A stretch of DNA of 44,376 bases, filler included, from Jimgerdemannia flammicorona (lineage: Eukaryota): NCBI GenBank assembly GCA_003990765.1. It is 2 parts of 2 records of this genome, joined end to end, with 100 filler letters (N's around TTAATTAATTAA, not from the genome) between each part and the next. Parts side by side here need not be neighbours in the genome. Positions count along the whole stretch, not along the records: positions 22,243 to 44,376 come from RBNJ01001329.1; 1 more part is not named here. The stretch is one strand, 5' to 3'. Below are positions 37,408 through 44,376 of the stretch, one piece after another. The position numbers and the translations under genes are program-made. Under the pieces are notes generated by a model that saw only the letters and a list, made by a program, of their open reading frames with translations, was not told where the DNA came from and made no database searches. How positions within the stretch are numbered: the stretch's first letter is position 1; the number at the start of each line of letters is the position of its first letter.

Positions 37408-37662
37408 AAAAGTTTAAATTAGTTACATGATATAATTTATTTTTTGTTTTGAAATTCTGAAATCACTTTTTTTCTTTATAATAAAGAATTGTTAAAAGTT
37501 TAAATTAGTCACATGATATAATTTATTTTTTGTTTTAAAATTCTGAAATCACTTTTTTTTCTTTACAATAAAGAATTGTTAAAAGTTTAAATTAGTCACA
37601 TGATATAATTTATTTTTTATTTCAAAATTCTGAAATCACTTTTTTTTTCTTTACAATAAAAA
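37408..37662. repeat. AT-rich tandem array, 3 units of ~86-87 bp
   Basis: AAAAGTTTAAATTAGTCACATGATATAATTTATT...TTCTGAAATCAC at 37408, 37494 and 37581; the TCACATGAT motif recurs at about 36373, 36465, 36545 and 37339. Confidence 0.88.
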
Positions 37663-38246
37663 ATTATATTTCATTAAAAATTTATATTTTAGATTCTGAA
37701 ATTTATATTTTTTGTATTTATAATATTATTATATTTTACAAACTACTGATACCAATTGTGTGATACATTATTTTCACAAATCTGTTGATATTTATTTTTT
37801 TTATCTTTATAATAAAAAATTATATACTGTAAATTAACTTTAATACTAAATATAGCATTTTTGTGTTTTTTTTTGCAAAATCTGATAATATATTGTACTT
37901 TAATATATATTATCTATACTAACTTTAACTTAAATTATTTATTTTATTTTTTTTTAAAAATCTAAAATTGTATATTATCTTTACAATAAAGATTTATTAA
38001 TTATATAATATAAATAATATATAAATTTTAAAATCATATGTTTTATTTTGTATAAATATTAGATAGTTAATATATATAATTATTAAAGTATACATGAATA
38101 TACTTTATATACTTTACTATTAGCTAATTGTTCAATATATAAATTATGTGAATTTTATATGTGATTATTTAATATTTATTATCAGTTAATTATTCAGATT
38201 ACAAAATGAATATAATTTTCATTATATTGAGTTTATTATTAAATTA

Positions 38247-38669
38247 TCAGTTATTATATTTTACAAAATAATCAAAACAATTATTACCATATTCTAAATT
38301 ATCATTATTATGGACAACATTTTCGTCAATTATTGGTTTATATTCAATAATATGATCATTATCAATTTTGTAAATTTCACCACTATTCATAAAGATATCA
38401 TTTTTTAAATAAATATTCGAGTTCAATCTATAATTCTTATAAATGTAAATTCCTGAAACATGTGTATCAATCCATGTCATAAGCATTCGTTTAAGACAAA
38501 CATTACATTATAATGATTTCCCACTAGATGATAAACGGTAATGTTTCGTATGTGATAGATTATCCATTATTGTGACTGTGCTATCATTTTCCAAAGTCTT
38601 CATTGCTCTGTACATATAATACTTTATATGATATATACAATGGCTTATATTATCAGGTTGTATTGACAT
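38247..38669 (-). pseudogene. Intronless ORF of unknown function, ~140 codons, one premature TAA
   Basis: ATG at 38669 (MSIQPDNISHC...) is in frame with ORF 38247-38486; one TAA at about 38508. Confidence 0.45.
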
Positions 38670-38818
38670 TTTATGTATTTATTTTAGAAGTAAATATATA
38701 GATATATATAATTTCTCATACAGACAGAGAATGGTACATGCACATATATATATATAGAACTACCTTATATATAATAACATATATTGTTGAATAAAAAATA
38801 ATAATAATAATATATAAC

Positions 38819-40153
38819 CTAATATATAGGAACTAATTTTAGATCTTTTTGGTGTTTAAAATATATTTTGATTTTTGAATTATGATATGGTGCAAACAAT
38901 TTTACCATATGTTTATATTTTCGTATCACTGCAATGCTACTTGGTGTTTTACTATTTCCATCACAGATTGTAGGGTTAGCACCCCAATTGTAAAGCAATT
39001 GTGACATTTTGTGGTTCTTTGCAATAACCATTGTGTAAAGTAATGTTTGTCCATGTCTATTTTTTTTCATAATAATTGAACTTGGATCTACATTGAACTT
39101 GGTTTCAAGCATACTCGCAATGCTGTGGTAATTGTTCATGATAGCCTTGTAGAGAGCTGTCTCACCAAATTTGTCTTCAATTTTGATATCAATATTATAT
39201 TTACATAGAAGTTCTACAGGTCCACGGTGTCCTGCTACAGTTGTTAGATGTAGAGCAGTGCGCCCTATTAGTTCTTTACTATTAATAATAATATCATCTC
39301 ATTTAGTTAATAGCAATTTCAAAAAACATATGTTATTGCACAATGATGTATGATGGAGTGGTGTTCGGCCACTGCAATCGGGTTTGTTAATATCAATATG
39401 CTTTGTTAAGAGACTAGAAACAATTGGACATTTGTTGTATATTATCACCCTTGACAAAATACACCTTCCTTTGCTGTCCACAGAATTTGGATCTGCATTA
39501 TATTCATTAAGAAGTAGTTCTACAGTACTTCTCTGAATGTAAGAACTCTTTTCTGTTAATATAACATAATGAAGAAATTTATCTACAGTTCTGGCTTGGT
39601 TTGGAGCCAAATTTAAAATTGTCCTGATAATGTCTTCATTTTTATTGCCAAATGCTACTTTTAATGCCTGTTGAATAGTATTCATCCAAAGTATCTTAAT
39701 GTCATTTCTATCGCATTATAGAAGTGTCCGGACTATCGAAATACTCTCAGTTTCAACTGCCATAACAAGTGGTGATTCATCTGGATCCTCTGATGGCCAG
39801 CTTGGGATAAACGGTATAGTATCCATTACAAGTATTGTTTCCAAAACATTCTCTATCATATGGTATATGGCCCAGTAGATAGGTGATAGAGGTGAAGTGA
39901 TGTAATATGGTAGACCATCTATTAGCAACTCCCATTCTATAGTGATATATTCTTCTATTAACAAGAATGGCATTTCTATTACAGCCTTTACAATTTGGTT
40001 TTTATATCGCCGCGATATGATTGATGTAGCATTGACATGTAAAATATCCTGACATCCTTTGCATGTGTTGTCAAGTCTCGTAACATCGACAGGGTCAAGT
40101 AATTTGCAGATGCTCAGAAATATTTTGACTAGTATATTCGTTGGAAAACACAC
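38819..40153 (-). pseudogene. Ankyrin-repeat protein with an F-box-like N-terminus, intronless, two premature stops
   Basis: Three listed ORFs share one frame. N-terminal FPTNILVKIF...LDPVDVTRLDNTCK; ankyrin motifs GRTPLHH, GRTALHL, GETALYKA, GQTLLY and GANPTICD; stops at 39716 and 39299. The start codon is uncertain. Confidence 0.82.
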
Positions 40154-40307
40154 TGGTATTTTCAGTTTGTTATTAATAAAAAGAAAACAAAAACGTTTTC
40201 ACACACAATCAAAATAATATATATGTTTATTTGTTTATTTTTCACATTGGTTACACTCATATTACAAGGGTTGTACATATATTCATCAGATCACACCATA
40301 CATTTTG

Positions 40308-41878
40308 TCAAAATGGAACGTCTCCAATTAAATTGATGCTTTTCTCACATGTATCAGATCCACTAACTGTAGAAAAATGCCAATCATCACAATCCAATCT
40401 TTTAAACTCGAGTCAACATATTTAAATCTAATTTCTGTTGCATATCATTCCACGTTTACACCCCATGTGAAATTTCTCTCAATGTAAAACTTTATCATTT
40501 CAATAGTATCAAATAAAATATTGCCAGTTATACGAATCCACTCACTTTTTGGTGGATCTATATCTAAAGCAGATGGCCTCATATGCGATACACATTCACA
40601 TATGAATGCTCTGAATTCGTCAATTGTATGTGATGGAATTGTTGGCAATGCCATTTGCTGACGTACAATGTCAATCACCAGAGCCATGAATGGCCCTTTA
40701 CAGTAAATACCCAACTGACCTTTCAATGCATCGCATTTTTTAATCTCATCAAAGAATTGTACTGAAAGCATATATTTAAGAATCACAGTGGTATTGGCCA
40801 GATCATTGGAAAATACTATCTTTAGATGGTTAAAAATATAGCTGGCAAGAGCAAGATGTCCATTGGTGACATTAAATATTGCATCAATCACGTCATTGAA
40901 GAATTATATCCCATCTACCACTGTATCCAATTCATGTCTCATCAATCACAAATCTGCAAGTCCAAATACTGGTTCAGCAATAGCTATTATTTCAGTAGAG
41001 TAAACCTGGCAGCCGTGTTGATAGAGCATGAGGATTTGCAAATTTGGATTTCGTTGATATGCATGGAATGCAGGCTATAAAAAGAGTATAGGAATTCTAA
41101 AAAGCATGTCTGCATCATCAATGATTACATCGGTCTGATCTGTGTATTCCAAGATATCACTCTATAATATTTCCATTTGATCTATCCAAAACATGTCAAA
41201 GCAATCTCTGGATTTTGCATATAGTCTGTCATTTGATAGCACCGATTTCACTGATATCGATATCACCTTATGCCCCTTGTTTTCAAGGAACTGTTTAAGA
41301 GCACTGCCAAATATAGTCTTTCCAGAATATGGTGGGCTAACAAGAATGGCGCATGGATGGTCATGCCATTTGGAATTGAATTCAGACACACGTTTTATTA
41401 CCATTGTGGCCTTGGATACTCTGCTGGGGTCATTTGCATTTATTTTGTTTATGTACTCTGTAATAGTTATTGCTGTATTTAGTGATATTCCACACAGTTT
41501 CAGTGATTCTGTGGTTTGTAATAAAAATGATTAACCTGCAATTTTTTCATTTATAAGCACATTCAAGACAGTGTGATTACAGATAATGCTATAATCATGT
41601 AGATGTTCAATTAATGTGTGTGTATCAAAGGTTTTAACTTCATTATGTGATAGAGGTGATATAGATGAGTATTTTCGCTTCCCTGTGACAGAGATATATA
41701 TATCCCTAATGTCTCCATCGATAATAAATGATGTTGGGGCATTGGGAGTCAAAAATGTGTATGATGGGTATAGTATATCCAATCTTTGATGTAACATAGT
41801 CCAGGTTGTTGTTTTCCACAACAGTATGGGCACAGTTTCTCCATTAGACAACCTGAATTTTCTGATAATAAATTCCAT
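40308..41878 (-). pseudogene. Crinkler/RHS-type protein: N-terminal header + SAM-like domain + P-loop NTPase + truncated REase-fold nuclease
   Basis: EVKTFDTHTLIEHL...INEKIAG*SFLLQTTESLKLCGISL (SAM-like), SPPYSGKT (Walker A), VIIDDAD (Walker B), VTNGHL and KFYIERNFTWGV. Several in-frame stops; the 3' end is approximate. Confidence 0.7.
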
Positions 41879-42028
41879 TGTGAAAGGGTATATGTGTGTG
41901 TGTGTATGTGTATATGTGTAGAAGTCTTTTTATATATATATATATATGTGAAATTGACATATTCCAATAGCCAAATATATTTTAACTCTGATAAAAATAA
42001 TAATATATAAAACTTTATTCATTATTGT

Positions 42029-43822
42029 TTACATCAAAGTCACAGAAATATCATTTATACCACTACCACTTAAATTGGCTGATGAAAAGTTATCGCAAAA
42101 TGATATAGCTATATAATTGGCAATAGTATTCGCACTTAAATTCACTATATTATAAGTGAAATTGAGTTCTATCTTTGTTAGTATATTAATGCACTCTTTC
42201 CCCAGTTCTTTTATATGTTGTGACCAAAATTCACTTACCCCCGAATCGTTCCACCATACTTCTATACCATAGTTGAATTTACCCCTAATGTAGAAATCCA
42301 TCATTCCAGGTGTTTTGAACACAGATCTTGTATCTGGCACTACTAGTGTTTCTGGAGGTAACACACTCTGTATAGCCTGATACCATTCTGTTTTTAATAC
42401 CTTCAAATCTACCTTTCATCTTAATTTATCATCATTGCTAAACATGGTCATTAGAACAGACTGTCGTATACATCTTATACTTTGAATGAGGAGGATTCTG
42501 ATATCTGCATTATCAGATACTGTTAATACTCTTGGTATATGATACACAATTTGCATGATAATTATGTGGATGATTGGAGCCACAAATTTCAAACACCCTA
42601 TTGAAAATAGTACTATCAAATCTGACAATATGAATTTACATTGAAGAGAAGTATTATAGATTATTGTATCAAATATAAGTGTGTTATGATCAAGTCTGTT
42701 TATAGTATTGCATAGAAATGTTGTCTCATCATCATCATATGACTCCTTCAATACATTATGCAATGTATTTGAATTCCTGATACTGTCAAAAAATTGCCGT
42801 AATAGTAAATATCTAAGTATCTCATTAGACAAGTCATCTTTAAACTATTTATAAACATCCTTCAGGACATGTACTGTCAGGCTCAGATGTCCACCAGTTA
42901 AATTGTATATCGTGTCATGCACAATATCTGACATTGTGATTAGTGAAGCTACTGTCTGAAACTCGTGTTTTGATAAATAAAGATCACCTATTCTTAATGT
43001 ACAAATCCTGATGGGTTTTGATTTTACATTTGTAGATATTTGATGTATGTCTATTTGACTCAAAAGTAATACTTGCAAATTAGAATATTGGATTGTTGTT
43101 TGCATCTTTTTTAACTTATTCTATAAGAATGGCATGTCTTTCCCATATAACTCATGTACATCATCTATCACAACATATGTTTTGGTTGTTCATTGCAAAA
43201 GTTGAGTCCATGTTTCATTCACATTAATGTTGCAGAATTCATCAAAAATATATTCGTTCTGTATAGTATCATTTGGTATCCCCTTCATTAATACACACAC
43301 ACAACATCATTCTTCTTACATTCAACTATATACTGACTGAATAATTGTGATAATATACTTTTTCCAGATGATGGTGGCCCACATACATTGACAACGCGAT
43401 ACAGATCCAATTTACCATGGATATATTCCAATTGCTCTCCTGATATATAACTTTTAACAAGATTTTCTGCATCATCTTTATAATCTTTAATCATTGAATG
43501 TTCTGATTTTTTTCCTTTCGGTGGTTGGATATTGTCTCACAAGAGGTTCTTCTTCTTCATCTTCCTCCTCTAATATAGGCTCATTGTATGTATCATCCTT
43601 TTGTTTTCCAGTATCAATACACTTTACTATATGATTTAGGATTTCATCATCAGATTCATGAGTTCGCATGCGCTTGGGTTTAGGTTTTGTATCATCTATC
43701 AGAACAAATGGAATAACTTTAACACATCGTGGGGTTCGCCTTTTAGTGGGATGAGGTTGATGAGGATGTGGTTGACGAGGATGTGGTTGACTAGTGTCAT
43801 AATTTGAATATGTCAAAACCAT
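42029..43822 (-). pseudogene. Second Crinkler/RHS-type P-loop NTPase + REase-fold nuclease, tandem paralogue with a different N-terminus
   Basis: GPPSSGKS, YVVIDDVHELY, LTGGHL and EWYQAIQSVLP...VVPD..SVF...GMMDFYIRGKFNYGIEV. Two frameshifts (about 43500 and 43290) and several stops. Confidence 0.75.
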
Positions 43823-43972
43823 GTTTAGGAAAAACAAGATGTATTATAAGAACCCAAACAAAATATACATATATATATTTCGTGCTCCGAACGAATGGAG
43901 TTGATCCGGGTGAGATTCGATTCAGATTCGTCATGTGATGGATTCGAATCAACTCGGATTGGTCTCGTGATC

Positions 43973-44066
43973 TGATCCGGATTGATCCATCCGGATGATC
44001 CATCCGGATGATCTATCCGGATGATCCATCCGGATTGACCCATCCGGATTGATCCATTCGGATTGA
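43973..44066. repeat. GC-balanced tandem repeat, ~7 units of 13-14 bp (GATCCATCCGGAT[T])
   Basis: Directly visible; most units contain the palindrome ATCCGGAT. Confidence 0.85.
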
Positions 44067-44376
44067 AATCTTTGGTGATGTCACCCTTTCTTTTGTTCAT
44101 TTCGCTCTTGTTTTTTTTTCTGCCGCACTTTGGTGACATCACCCTATCCTTTGTTCCCTCTCTTTTCTTTGTTCTTTTTCTTTGTTCTTTTTCTTTGTTC
44201 TTTCCTGCCGCATCACGAGCAAACAAAACAGCAGCCCTAAATTCGTACGTTGGTCCAGTCTACTCATTTTTCACCCTGCAATGATCGTCAAAAGAGGGAG
44301 TATTCGAGGTGGAAACGCACTCTCTGCTGACAATGTTAGATTCTTTCTCATATGGACAGCACACAAGCTGCTCATC

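Overview
Eukaryotic (fungal) genomic DNA. The protein style and intron pattern suggest an early-diverging Mucoromycota-type genome (inference). The window has two halves joined by an artificial 100-nt N/TTAATTAATTAA linker at 22143-22242. Left half (1-22142, balanced GC, intron-rich): a cytoplasmic dynein heavy chain gene (minus strand, 16 exons here, 3' end off-window), a divergent 4-exon HSBP1-like gene and an intronless ZIP7/YKE4-type zinc transporter. Right half (22243-44376, AT-rich, decayed): a full-length 10.4-kb Ty3/Gypsy LTR retrotransposon (two 1427-bp LTRs, ATAT TSD, tRNA-Pro-type PBS) inserted in a BTB-domain gene. It encodes gag, protease, a Cys/His-rich insert, dUTPase, RT-RNaseH, integrase and an extra 3' ORF. 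A related 2.3-kb solo LTR carries a probable homologue of that extra ORF inside the LTR itself. Next come AT-rich tandem arrays and a compact intronless cluster of pseudogenes (unknown ORF, F-box-like/ankyrin, two Crinkler-type NTPase-REase genes). The right half shows a strong C-to-T mutation signature at CpA and CpG, resembling RIP.
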